NCBI RefSeq assembly: GCF_018977255.1
Contig: NW_024704767.1
Coordinates: 3,782,001 to 3,846,000, forward strand
DNA length: 64,000 nt
Origin: Callorhinchus milii
Lineage: Eukaryota
Reading direction: 5' to 3'
Below are positions 12,088 to 25,678 of the stretch, piece by piece. Numbering within the stretch: the stretch's first letter is position 1; each line of letters opens with the position of its first letter. The notes under the pieces are model-generated. The model had not been told where the DNA came from. It did not search any database and saw only the letters and a list, made by a program, of their open reading frames with translations. Made by a program: the position numbers and the translations under genes.

Positions 12088-15000
12088 ATTCTCTCAGTGA
12101 GGATGTACATTTAGAACAGAGTTTTATTAAGTTTTAAGCTGTGAACCCACATCCAGAAGGAATAGTGTTGAAACTGCACAAACTCATTTCATTTAAGACA
12201 TCTATGGCTGGCAAAATAAGAGCTAACTTTAATCAACCTTTTTAGCACTGGATTTTAAAAAAAGATTCTCACTCACTGCAAGGAAATGCGTGCCCGCATC
12301 AATTGCAGAGTTATCCTAAATTAATGTAAGACTGAATGAAGGAGTGCATTATATTAACATTGCAATAATACAGTAATTTGTGTTCCTGTAGCATTGGATG
12401 CTGGTAGGAACTATCAACTGCAAAGCTCAATGTGTTTGTGTGCTAGAGTGACCTTGGAGGAATGTAAGAGCTGCATGAAATGCAGTGGCACAGTTGCGTG
12501 TGTTAGCTTTATAAAGTGCAGTTAAACGGCAACAATAGCACTGTATCAGATACTTTTTTGTACAAAATTCCTATTCTCTTGCTATTTTTATAGTTCATTA
12601 TGATCCTCTGCTGAATTTAAATCAAACTTGCATCTTGTCAAACTAAAATGAAGAATATATTACTCGGATGAATTCTGCAATAGAACTCCTAGGTTATATT
12701 TATTAACTCTTTTTTCAAGTTCTTAAATTCTAGTACGCTTAACCGCATAGGATAATTTGAAAGAGTAATGTGGATTCAATATAGCAGCTAAAACCTGAGC
12801 AGTTACTTTTATTCCAGTATTAAAACAAAATCAAACCAAAAGGTTGAAGTTGCCAGAGGTAAAAAGAAACACTCCATCTGACTTAAAATGTGAGTCTGCC
12901 ATAGAATTCTGAAGGTTAAATTACACAATAAATAACAGTCCTTTATTGATTTCCTTATTGCACAATTTGTCGCATTTAAAAGACCTTCCATGTAGCTGTG
13001 CAATAAGACATAACTGCAGGCTATTTCTTTTTCTATTTCATACAATACACAGAGCTTTGATGTATAACTGGTTGTGACCTTCTGTTTAAGTACTTCAAGG
13101 AGAAATACAGTGCTTGAAAATCTAACCCAAATTCAGAACTTCACGTCGAAATCAAAAAAAAGTTAATGATTTAATTGTCTTCTGCCTTTGCTTGTAAAAT
13201 TCTTTTTTCTTAACCTCTTAATTTTTTTTAATAAATGAAAGAAAATATAATGAAGGGGAAAAAATTAGCATCTCCAAAGTGATTTCAATATTAGACATGT
13301 TTGTCACAGTAATTAAATCATACATTCTGGTCTTGTGGATAGATAAATTGTGCACCCAAAGCAGATTGTGCTATCCTGTTTACTGTGATAGGCATATAGC
13401 CATATATCATTGTAGAGTACTGTCTGAGCAGGTCTGCAATGAATCTTTATACATGTCTTAACTCCACACATATTCTTCCCCAATTAACTATTAATTAATT
13501 CTGAAACAAAGTGAACTCTGAGAGGTTAGTTAAGAAGTGTCACTTAGCTTGTCTAAGATAGAAAAGATAAAGAACCCAATTCATAGATATTATAGGGATC
13601 AGTAATTCATATTGAATGCTCTGTACATGTTAGGAATTAGTGTAAATTATCTTCTGCTTTCATTCCTATCGGCTGTAGGAATGGAATCTGTGTTCCCACA
13701 ATTCACGTCAAAGCAGGTTATGTGAAGTTCAACATGAGTCAGTTTAAAAAGTCAAAACTTGAAAAATTAATTCCACGTTTAATTTCCTTGTATAACAATG
13801 ACACCTTAATATACAATTATTTGCGTTCGAATACTCCAAGAACCTGCATTAAAATAAGATGAACGTTTATTAAAATAAGCTTTTTTTAAAGTTTCAGAAT
13901 TTATTTAGAATTTAAAACTCTACCCCTAATACTTTTACCAATAATGTTAATTTTATGGTAAGTATATGGATGGTGGATGCAAACAGGACTGGAGTTTAGC
14001 TGTTATGCCACACCATGGTTAAACATCCTTTCCCACTGTGCAGGCTAACATGTGAAAAGTGTTTCCTCAGGACAGTTATCAGAGAGCTACCTGCACTGAC
14101 ACCTGAACATCTGTTGTTGCTTTTAGAAGAGGAGATAAAAATGCACTGTTTATTCAACGATCAGTTATATATGATGATATTGTGTCAAGGTTTTGTACAG
14201 TATGATATCAATGTGACACAAACAGATGAAGATAGGACTGCCTATGCCAAAGCAGTCATACTGGAAATTGAGACCAACCTTTTCATCCACTTCCATTAAT
14301 TCATTTTAATTTACTACTTATTGCTCTTACCTATATCTGAAATCCTTCTCTTAATTTTTTACGATTCTAGACAAAGCATGATCTCACGTAAATGTTTGTC
14401 AAGTGAACATATATTATACAATGTTATTTTTCTAATTTAGTAGGATTTGTTACAAACAATTAACTTAGATGATTATGCATTTGGAACATTGCAGCACTTT
14501 TGTATGACATAATAAAAGGCATTTACTGAACACTATTGTGTCACTGGCTGGATTTTATTGGATGGTATTGCTTTCAGCTTCTAAACTTCCTGACATTAGT
14601 CAGAAAGATTTTTTCTGCCATTATCCGAAAATAAAGATTTGCAGCTCCATCGCAGATTGTTTAGTATAAAGCTTTCACTAACGATATTCTCTGCTGTGTC
14701 AATTCTTTCTGATCTGTGCTTCCTCCCTCTTACAAAAGTCTTCGCCAGGTTACTGTTTCACCATGTGAAGCAAAACTATTTCAGAATATTCAGATCTTGT
14801 TCACGAAACTATTATTTTGGTTCAAAATAAACTGTTGTGCTGACATGATTTGCACTCGCCACAGGTATTTTTTCTTAAAAACGAAAAATGCTGATGAATT
14901 CTTTACTGTTTTGAGCTTGAATTGTTATCCTTTGTGAATGCAGTGTTCCCTCCCTGCTATCTTGAGGTTATAATTCTGTTTTTTGTTCAGGCACGCACAC

Positions 15001-15916
15001 AATGCAGTAGGGTTTTCTGATCATAAAGTGTGCCTTGATTCAGCTTTAGATGCATCGTACAGATGTCTGTGATTACTTTTGTATCAAATGAACATATTTT
15101 CAGGTAGGAGTATTTACATAAAGAAGATACAGCATGTACGTGCATGTGTGACAATTTATCTGTTAATGCTAAAACATATCTGGATATTTCCTCAGATGGA
15201 CGTGCACCAAAGAAAGCGAAAGGAATTCTACAGTGTCTTAAAAGAAGTTTCAACTATTTTTGTGCAAGATTCTCAAAAGTGTAATTTTCAGCAGAATTGT
15301 TAAAGAAACCAATCAAACAGAAAACAAACTTCTTCATTGCGAATAAATGCAACTGTTGCTTTCTCTTAAATGCCGTTGATCTACAGGTTTATTCCACTGT
15401 AATCTATAGGAGCTAAAACTACAGAATAAATTTGCCTAGTAAACTTTAATGGCACATAACTGGTAACAAAACCACATGGGTCAATGTAGTAAAACTGCCA
15501 ACTTAACTCCTACTGAATTACATTAATGAGAATGAAATGTACCTAAATAAATTTGACATTGTGAATAGCTGGAGTTTATGCTGTTTGAGATATTTCCAGC
15601 TGGGTCTAGATTTAATCAATTTTCTTAGTATTTCAGTGCAACCAGAATTTGGCCAGTTCTTGAGTGCAATCTGAATTTCAAAACTGTTTTCCTGTAATTT
15701 TGTTTTAAGAACTCCAAATAAACTAACTTTTTAATTGTCTGAAAAGTAATGATATTTGTTACATGAAGAACAAAATACAAAATGTTTTGAAACTAGGGTT
15801 TGTCTAGAAGGTATCTTTTCCTGCTTTGTCATATAGGGGGAAAGTGGTATTGTCCATTGAGATGTCTATGAGCTACATTTTGTCGGCTGAGACACCACAA
15901 CAGGACTAGACTAATA

Positions 15917-16011
15917 CTGCATTGTCCGAGGTGCCATCCTTCGGATGAGACATTAAACCGTTCAGGTGGATGCTAAAGATGTTACAGCACTGTTTAAAAG
16001 AAAGGGGAGTT
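15917..16011 (+). mobile_element. Deu-domain SINE core fragment (SacSINE1/AmnSINE1-like)
   Basis: CTGCATTGTCCGAGGTGCCATCCTTCGGATGAGACATTAAACCG...CAGGTGGATGCTAAAGAT. Confidence 0.8.
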
Positions 16012-17475
16012 TATCCTATCCAATGGTGTATGCTGAAAAGGATACTGTATCTCCCCAAGAGCTGAATGCATGATCTGTGACTGGCGTTTTGAAAGAGCTA
16101 ATTAATTTAAGAAAATAGCATTACTGTCAAAAGTTTATCAGCATAACTTCAATTCCTCAGTCTTAAGCTCTGAATCATTTTGATGACCCGACACATATGG
16201 TCAATGCAGTTGGCGCAATGTAGCAGCCTTGTCAAAGGATTTGCCCTAATTGGTGTCATTCCACAGTTGGCCTCTTAGATATGGTGTAACTAGGAAAGCT
16301 GTGTCTGATTTATTTTATGTTCTCTTTTTGTCCTCTGTTGAGTTCTACACAGGGCAAACTCCACGGAGTATGAGATCATATTGGCACTCAGGAGCACCTC
16401 AAAAGGTCTCATCTATGGCGGTGACTTTTAAAGATGTTTTGCACTTCACCACCTTTAGCCTGGCACTCGACAGGCTCAATATTACTGTGTTAGAGCTAAC
16501 TGATGTCATTTGGAAAATTATATGATCAAGTTTAATAAATTCTATTTTACCTCAGCAAAAAAAAGTCCTTTTAATTTGTTTCAGTGAGATTAAAAATGAT
16601 AATGAAATCATGCAGTGAGAATTCTATTACTGAGTTGTGGTTCTTTTTCAGTTTGACATTGTAAGTGCTGTCATTAATTACATTTGTGTATTGCTTTGTC
16701 TCCTCTGTGTTTAAAACATAAAAGAGAAGTTTAGACCAGATAGATAATAGGTGTTATAGACACATATGTTATAATTTTGCTATTTTCTTTGACTACAGCA
16801 TATACAAATTGATCCTGTGAGCTCATCCTGGCTAAATTCAGAATATTTTATTTTACTATCTGCTCTTGAAGACACAGTCCATGACAGGTGTGTTCACTCT
16901 CAAATACTTATAAATCTGAATTCATTGTTATCACCTTCACAGGAGGATTTGGGTGAAAAAAGGAAAGATTGTCAGAAAGCAGAGAATGAGACAAGCTAAT
17001 TTAACTCATTCCTTTCACATACCAGAGTGAAAATGATTATCTTTCTCAACAGACTTTTGGTGTGGTACTTAACACATCAAATCTATGAAGAAACATCGTA
17101 ATTTCCATTTAATAAATAAAGACACACCATCACTCATCTATGCCACACATCCATTCCTCTGTCAGGAGAAAAGTAATTTTTCTGAAGGCTTATATATATT
17201 TTACATTTGCCCCTCTTATTCTGTGGTCACATCCCAAGTTAAATAACCTGTTTACATTTGCGCTATCCGATCCTCACAGCTTAATGTAAATTCTAAACAG
17301 TCCATGTCATGCTGTGTGATTGCAGACAGCCACAGAACAAGAAAGCAGATATGCTGCTGTTTACCATTGTAGCATTACACCCTCAATTCAATTTGTTTTC
17401 AGCATATATAAGAGGACTGGAACTGAATGTTTATCTTTATACTGTATATCCAGGCTCTTTAGCTCTACAAATGGG

Positions 17476-17528
17476 ACACACTGGATTTGTAATCACACAA
17501 GTACACACTGGATTTGTAATCACACAAG
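17476..17528. repeat. 27-bp tandem duplication
   Basis: ACACACTGGATTTGTAATCACACAAG occurs twice at period 27. Confidence 0.95.
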
Positions 17529-17793
17529 ACAGAATCTTTTTCCTGCGAAACAGATTGCAACCAGAATCCAGACATTTAAAAATGTTTATGTCTATATGGC
17601 AAAGGGGATGCACAATTCTAAAAAAAAGTACAGGCATCTGTTTGAGATCAAAGTAACAGGTTATCTTTGAGACAGTTACATGGTGCCAGTTACTTTATCT
17701 CTACCTCACAACATGGAATAGTTCTAAATTCTGTTCAGTGAGTTAGTAGGTGGTCTAAAGAGCCTGCATTAGTATGTCCATTATGACAGAGAT

Positions 17794-18100
17794 AACAGTA
17801 ATCCTTGCTTTGGATATAAGGCTTTTCATGTTGGGAGGACGTCTCAAAACACTTCACAGGATATAGTGTACATGTAGTTATTGTGTATTTTGTAGGTGAA
17901 TGTAACATTTGCCGCAGCAAATATGAATAACAAGCAATGTTTTTCAATGTGCAACTAGACCTTCCTGCCATGGACTGAGTTTGGGGGAATGTTGACCAGG
18001 ACACTAGGAGAAATTCCTTCCTTTTTCAATTCGTGCCATGGGATCTATAACTTCCATCTTAACAGGCAGATGGGATCTTGGTATAATATCTATTTGAACG
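17794..18100 (-). mobile_element. Older Deu-SINE, 3' two-thirds
   Basis: Tail AATCCTTGC..GGGAGGACGTCTCAAA, body CCAGGACACTAGGAGAA...GTGCCATGGGATCT...CAGGCAGATGGG. Confidence 0.8.
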
Positions 18101-18152
18101 ATATTAGGGAAGGCTTCACTACGGAAATGTTGTCTGAGGTGCCTAATTAGAC

Positions 18153-18220
18153 GTGAGACACTTTGAGACGTCCCCATAACCTGGAAGGTGTTATATAAAT
18201 GTATAATTGCATTGTATTGA
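18153..18220 (+). mobile_element. L2/SINE 3' tail
   Basis: CACTTTGAGACGTCCCC...GAAGGTGTTATATAAATG..TTGTATTG. Confidence 0.6.
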
Positions 18221-18676
18221 TGATGCTAATAGTTTAGCTTAGTTGAGATAAACACAGTCATAGAAGATGTTGCAGAGAAATTAGATAAAGATTAACATTT
18301 TTACTCTTAGTCAGACCATTGCAGTAAATGCAGAGGCAAAACATTATGTCCAGAACTTCCACCTCAACTAGCAGGTTCACTGACTACAGTGCATTCTGGA
18401 ATTGTCATTTTAAGCCTTATTTAATAAAGATTTTAATTTTATTTTGTCAATTAAGATGCCTGTGGGTTGCAGAAAGGAAAGCTTTAGAAAACATCCCCAC
18501 AATAGTAAAATGAGGTTATTCATCAAACTGAATCAATAAAATAGAACAATTAAATCTAACAAATCTTAGTTTGTTACTACTACTTACTGTAGGTGCCATG
18601 AACTTTAACTTCAAATATGAATAACAAGCAATGGTTTTCAATGTGCAAGTAGACGTTCCTGTCTATGACCATGTTG

Positions 18677-18741
18677 TCAGCGCCTTGGGACGTCCTCCCG
18701 ACATGAAAGGCGCTCGATAAATGTAATTTTGTTGTTGTTGT
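18677..18741 (+). mobile_element. L2 3' tail with (TTG)n
   Basis: GCGCCTTGGGACGTCCTCCCGACATGAAAGGCGCT..TAAATGTAATTTTGTTGTTGTTG. Confidence 0.8.
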
Positions 18742-21700
18742 GGAAAGGTTGTAAACATCCACTCATTCTTGTGCACCTTGTCAGACTTATATAGAAGGAG
18801 ACTGACAAATGGTCCAGGCACTTGAAAGCTTCACCACACAAAGGGTGTACTCAGTGCTCCTGAATGAAACATCTTGCTATATCTATTTTGCATTGGCTTT
18901 TAAGAATTCTTGATAGCAGTCAGTAGATAACAGCACGATAAATGTCCTTTATTCCTCAAGGAATCGTTGGATTCTACATGTAATTTTTTAAGCCAAAACT
19001 CGAATTGTTCAATACAAAAGATTTGTGTCTTGAACATTGATAATTTGCATTGACAAGTTGATCCGTTTTGGGTGCAACATATACTAATTGCACATTAATA
19101 GAGTGAAAGTCCTTACAAGTCATGAATATTGCGAAGAAAGGTGAAACTGAGTGTGTTACAAGGAAATTCAGAACCGCAGTGAAAGTTCACAGCCATGAGA
19201 AAAATAAGTCTTGACCACTGGGACACCTTCAAGCTCTCTGACAGTATACAACAGTTCCTTTACTGTGTCAGCCCCCTTTGACACCAATTCTCAGGAGGGA
19301 CAGTCTGGAGTTGTGGATCCCTTGCTATAGATAAGGTCTCATGTGGAGTCCCTCACTTCTGCTCTTTTAACTCCCTTTACCTGTCATATCCTAATGCAGG
19401 TCTTCTACACATTCTCTGGCAAAGCTCTCTATGAACAGATCAAAAACGTAATCATTCAAACCATGGTCGAAGATACCCAAGTGTGCTAAGGTTGTGAAAT
19501 AATTTAGATTTCCCAACTGCATTCCTTTTCGATATCAATTAAATACCTTCAGTTATGTTTTCAACAATGTCTTTACCAACATGTAGCAATAGAATATGCA
19601 CAAGATCCATGTCAGATATTCACGTATTACATTTTATAAAGAGGAGTGGCATTTCTCCTTTTATGACTTAAAGCTACATTTTATAAAATACCACCGTTCT
19701 GTAGCAATGGCAGATTAGCAGGTTTGCAAAGCTCAAATGACAGCTAAAGTTAACTCGCTGAACAAAAGCAGAGCTCCTGCTATCTGATCCATGCCCAAAG
19801 CTTACTTCTGATCGCCTATGAAATCCTCGGCACTCAGTACCGAGCAACTAAAAAGACAATAATTAGGAAAGAAAGACTATCATCTTGAGCATGACCTACC
19901 CCTCCCCCGTTTCTACCCTCCCATCAGAGTGCCTGCTCCACCTGCCTACTGCAGTCACATTGCAGTGCCATTAGGAGCCATTATCAGCGAGTGTGTTTTC
20001 ACGGTCACAGAGCATTAGAGCAAGGGTCCCTCCAGGCTCAGATCACATAACCATAAATTTACCCTTGAGCGTCTTGTTTCAATGTACTCAGCTACAGCTT
20101 TACCCTTCGTTTTGGCACATGCACCTTGACCCTACCTGACACTGCACATATGTGAGAAGAGGAAGTTCACAGTCAACGGTCAATGGTAAATAAATCTCTA
20201 GTGAACTATTAAGTTACACTATTTTTCTCCCCCTCCCCTCAACCCCCTATGAAATGAATGCTTAGATGACAGTTGGCTGGAAAATGGATAGGTCAAATTT
20301 AAGTGGCAATGAAATATCTTTGACTCAAAAGACGGGAGAACAAAAAAAACTTTGAAATAATTTTCACTGTGTCAGCTTGTCTGCATCAGTCATTCCCAAA
20401 ATACCTGCTGGCTCACATGAATCAAAATGCAAAACAGGTTTCCATCTTCCATTCTGGGTTTCTGGAAAATTTCAAAGATAAAAATTGGTCATTTCATCAC
20501 GTTAAGTAGGTCTGGTCAGAACTGTGGTCAGTTTTTAATGCAGGTTTAAATCATAAAAGGTGGAGGATTTTTATGCTCAATTTATTATTTTAAAGTAAAC
20601 ACTGTTGGATTCGAAGTAATGAATGCAGCTCGATTAGACTGAGGTGAGGCAGTATTACATGGCAGTGAGCTGGGCATGAATAATGTTACTCTGTGACTAG
20701 GAAATATACACTTTAATGTGTGGGTTGTCCTGAGTTCTGACAATTCAGCAAGTCCACTACAAACTGAGGATATCAAAATGCAAGGTGCTGCATAAGCTTT
20801 GCTTCTTGTTTTTCCTGTTAGTAAGTTTGGGTCCGTATGTCCTATAAAAATAAAAGGTTGAATGAATCACAGCCTGTCGTTCGGCACTCTGTTTCTAATG
20901 CTCATGTTATCCGTTTCATTTAAAATCGTTTCATTCAAAATGAAACAAACGCGGAATTCGGAACAATGTTTTATTTACCCTGAGTGCTATCCATTACGAG
21001 TGACTAAATCATCTAATGCCCGAGGAGGGAAATTGGCTTATTACCAATAATTAAGTCAAAGATCAATCTTTGAAATAAAGGGACGGACAAAATACTCATC
21101 GTTAATGGCTGGAATGAATAATTATGATGTAAAAATGATCCTGGATCCATTTCAAAAAGTCTCTCCACTCCACTCTCACCCCCCCACCCCCCCCACCCCC
21201 AGTCAGCCCCGTGTGGTTTTAATGGATATTTCTCTGTGGGTGCAGTTCAGTTTGCATTGTTGGATAAATGTAAGAGGAGCTCATGGCAGCTGCTGACCTG
21301 CACCTATGCCTCCACAGAATTCAGATTAGATGCAGCACCAAAAAAGTTCCAGTCCTAACACTTTTTGTCCTGAACCTTAATGAATGATTCCTGGTAATGT
21401 AAGGCACATATCCCATTATTGCACCTTCCTCGCACAATCACAGTTCAGAAGTTTATCAGTGACAATGTTTTATACGTGATTCATCATTGTCGAAACAACA
21501 GCCACTGGGGAAATAATGATCACAACTGTTTCCGCCTGAGTAATAATTTACTAGGGATTTGAATACTAGTTGATTAAAATGAGAGCTGTGGTAATGGTTG
21601 GAAAGTTGAAGTAAGAAAACGAAACCATTGAAATGAGTGCAATGATTATAAAAATGAGACGTACGGTATTAACCCCATGAGGGTCATATCAGAATTGCAC

Positions 21701-22172
21701 ATTGCACGTTACAGTTCAGGAGATTATTCAGGTGTGATGTAGATTTTTTTTAATTCTCCCGTGCATCGTTCAACATTAGAAATGTACAGGAAATAATAGT
21801 CAATGGAACTGAAAACATATGCATAGCATCTATAATCTCCAGTAGAACTAATTCTGTCACTATGAGCCTCTCTGATTATTATTAACTTACCTTTCTCTCT
21901 CTTCCTGGCTGAAGCTCTTACAGTCAAATCATACCATATGAAATGCTGATAAGATTGAACTCCTTATTCAAATAATTACTTTATTGCTTCTTTATTTTCA
22001 AAGTTGCAAAAATCGGTGTGATGCCCCACTTCTGCCTTTGAATTCCCTTTTCCGGAATAGTTTTGATTAAAACTAATAACTGACAGGAACAAACAGCATC
22101 ATCGACTTAAAAGCTTTCAACACAAAAGCACACAAGCTCTGCGCAACTTCGGTTTAAAGAAAGCATTTCAAG

Positions 22173-22238
22173 CTTATAGGACCATAGGTAAACAGGACCA
22201 GGAGGAGGCCATTCAGCCCATTGAGTCTGCACCACCAC
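22173..22238 (-). mobile_element. CR1 3' terminus
   Basis: CATAGG..ACAGGACCAGGAGGAGGCCATTCAGCCCATTGAGTCTGCACCACCA. Confidence 0.7.
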
Positions 22239-23000
22239 TTATAGAAGTCTGAGACTACTTGGGGGTCCTGTATCAATTCGCCTGGATGTAAGTTAACATA
22301 TAATGGCGTCCAGTGAATAACAACATTCATAAATAGTGTTTAATATTAATAAAGAGCTGGTAGTCTTCTTCCATCCTGAATCTCTTCATTAACATTAAAT
22401 ATTTCAACCTATTCATATCCTAGCAACTTGCATTTGCTGATGCTGTCGCCTTGCACCACTCTGCCGCAGGTATCAGTGTCAGACCTATAACTGGGGCATT
22501 AATCAGACGCTTATCAAACACTGGTCATGATTAATCATAAAACAATGGAAGATCCATTCCTCAATTTTCTGACTCCTGAAAAGAAAAGTCACCATAGGGG
22601 TATGATGTATGTTATCCTGCCTCCTTGTCTTGATAATAATCTCTGCTATCACCAGCTACCTCTATAGTCCAAAGATTTCCTGTAATTCATTCTTGATTCT
22701 TCAATATGGTAGGTTTAATTATGAGAGATAATGGAAATGGTTGTCATTGGTTTCGTGCTGCTGACAAGTTTAATTGTGACAGGAACATCATGGCACATCA
22801 CAACACGATAAAGTTTTCAGCGCAGGGTGGAGATAAATTGGATGGATGGCTTTCTGGTAATTTATGGTACCGTAACACGGTCATTTTTTTTCTCAACAGC
22901 TGCTAATTATTGAGCTTCATGACCATAAAATGTACAGCTTTGCTGAGAGGCATCAAAGCGTTGAGTGTGACTTTCAGTCAAAAGGTGCAGTACTTCTACT

Positions 23001-23117
23001 ATGGGACATTTTTGTGCACAAATTGGCTGCTGTGTTTGCCTACAAAATACAGTCATTGCACTTTATAGTAAATGCTGTGAAGTGCTTTGAGACGTTCCCC
23101 TGGAATGAAAGGTACTT
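23001..23117 (+). mobile_element. Deu-SINE 3' part
   Basis: GTGCACAAATTGGCTGC...GTGAAGTGCTTTGAGACGTTCCC..TGAAAGG. Confidence 0.8.
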
Positions 23118-23241
23118 TAATAATAATAATAATAATCCTTGAATTTGATATTGCGCTTTTCACATCTTCTAGATATCTCAAAGCGCTTCACAGAATATAC
23201 TATATCAATAATGATAATAATAATCCTTGCAAATGATATAG
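23118..23241 (-). mobile_element. Two short young-type SINE tails (23118-23201, 23207-23241)
   Basis: (AAT)nCCTTG(A/C)A..TGATAT occurs twice, tail-to-tail with the upstream plus-strand copy. Confidence 0.85.
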
Positions 23242-25331
23242 CAGTTTAAGTGGCACAGCAGCAAAGAGATTGTTTTCCAGACCTCCCTAAATGATCATGG
23301 ACATTGCTTTATTATGTAAAACAATAGACAGCTCAGTGGGTTTAACAATTCCACAGTCCTTCTGACTTTATGTAAAAAAACACTTCAAGTTTAGTCTCAT
23401 GTTTTACAGCATCATCCGAACATCAATTGTACTGCAACATTTTAATATTTAGTGAATGGTTTACGCCCTAGTTATCTGATGTTAAAGGTAGGTAAGTTGG
23501 TACCCACCTATCAGATGGTGTAATGTGCCATTAAGTGCTACATTTAATTCATTAAACTTTCCAAGAGGAGGCTTGGCTTCTTTTATTCTATGGCCTCCAA
23601 GGACAACCCTTCTTTTCCAATCTGGCGCATTGAATGGCCAGGGCAACACTGATGGCTGAAATTCCTATTACAAATTATTTGAATACTTTATACGAGTCCA
23701 ACCTTCTGAATTTTAGCCATTAAACCATAGAAAGATAACTTCTCAAATGTCTAGCTTAAACAAACTGCTAGAGGCATTGGGAAACTGGAAAAAATTTCAG
23801 CAAATTTGTGTTTTTTCCCCCCATTAAATTTCCCCCAAAAAGCTGAGTAGCATGGCCAATCCTCTGATGGGTATCTGCAAGGAGTATTACTGCAAATTTA
23901 CTGCTTTATAGAAACAGTAGTTTCCATGATCAAATAAAAATGCACCCACCATGTTGGATTTTATTCAGCTAAAGTTATAGATCATACACTGGAACCAGTT
24001 TCAGATTCACGATCCCAGAAACATCAATTGAATGCCAGTAGCTGCTTAGGATGATGCACAAAGCATTCCTAAATTAAATGCATTCCTGAAATTGCGCCAA
24101 ACCATTTAAAGAAACTGTTGGATAGAATTGCAGACCTTGGGATTTCTTTTACAGAATGTGCTTTGAGTCCATTGTCAGCTATCTACAAAACAGTACCTTT
24201 CGATACCTTCAACATTAAGATGGTGGCAGAATAAAGTCTAAATAATCAATGATGTTTCAGCTTTTTTTAAATAGTTGTACCTCATAGCCGTGAAATTAAT
24301 TATTTAGAAGCATTCCTAACGTTTTGTGTGAAGCCTGGAATATGACAAAAAAAATCTGGAACATTAATGACTTTTTAAAATATGGCTCAAATAGAATATT
24401 AAATTGCTTTGGCTAAAGCAAAAAAAAGCAGGAAAAGTACCTTTGAGAGTTTCTGTCATGTGTGCGCACGCTGCCTTGAATTCCTTTCTGCACACCGATT
24501 GAGAAATGAGTATTTCAATAGCCTGTAATAATAATAGTAACAGCTGAATATCTGTAGGCTTCTATTCATTTCAATAACTAATCATTTCAGTGTCAATGAA
24601 TTACAGTACGTAACTTTGCAAGATTTCAGTTTGAATTGGTTTGTAAATTATTGGAAGGAATCATATTATCATATCACACAGCACATTTTTCCAACTAAAT
24701 AACACAGAGAACAACTCATTCTCAGTCTTTTATAATCAACAGCCTGCGTTTCAAAATCAAACAGCCCAGACTGTAGTTTTCCAACGACTAAATTTATTGC
24801 TTAATTAAGCGCCTCATTACGAAGCAATTTTGATTTATATCACCCAAATATCTAAATTTGCATAGTCACTTTGGAAGATTCTACACAAAACATTCAGTGC
24901 CAAACAGAGAATTCAGTCGTGAGCAAGTTAGCTATCCTTACCTAAATGATCTCAATGATACAGCAATTGAGTCAAACATCTTCAAATGAATATAAAGTGA
25001 AAAGGTCTCAACAGTTAAAAAAAATGGACAGGCAAAAAAATGGAAGTGTGAGAAATTGCAGTATTTTTTTGATCTGGCTAACTGTCAAAGGAACTGTGAC
25101 CCAGGTTTCTATAAAAAGAAAAAAAGGCAAATAACAGCTGTTAAATTCTTCTTCTTTACCTTGCATTAAAGCTGACAGCGTTGTCGAAAAGTGAAGATAG
25201 AATGAGCAGGAAGGAAGGAAGGTCAGAAAAATTCAAGGGATTTTATTTTAAAAGACTTACAGTACGCTTCAAACATTGATGCTAGATTTGTAGTCATCTT
25301 CCAACATTTCATTTGAATTACTATTCATTTA

Positions 25332-25380
25332 AAACAACAACAACAAGATTCCATTTATAGAGCGCCTTTCACGTCGGGAG
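25332..25380 (-). mobile_element. L2 3' tail
   Basis: (AAC)n..CATTTATAGAGCGCCTTTCACGTCGGGAG. Confidence 0.75.
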
Positions 25381-25520
25381 CCCTATACTGTCCAGCCCTA
25401 TACTGATTATTTGAAAATGAATCCAATTGTAAACTGTTACATTTTTTAATCAGTTTTATTTTGTTGTGAACAATTTGAACAATGGTTCAAATAAGGTAAG
25501 CTGCAAAGTAAGTCTTAAAA

Positions 25521-25678
25521 TAATAGTAACGATTCTTATATCCTTGATATGGTGCCTATCACATCAGAAGGACGTCTCAAAACATTTCACAGATAGTGAC
25601 TGCATTGTGTAGGTGAACACAGCAGCCAATGGCCCACAAACAGCCATAAATGCAAGGATTATTATATTATTATTATAA
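25521..25678 (-). mobile_element. Deu-SINE 3' part (minus, to ~25645) abutting a plus-strand tail (25646-25678)
   Basis: GGACGTCTCAAAACATTTCACAG...GCAGCCAATGGCCCACAAACAGCC, then ATAAATGCAAGGATTATTAT. Confidence 0.75.

Noticed and set aside
24858-24869. miR-153-like TTGCATAGTCAC (also miR-1-like TGGAATGTAAA near 27306)
   Set aside because: Only 11-12 nt match, the rest of the mature sequence is absent and no precursor hairpin is visible.
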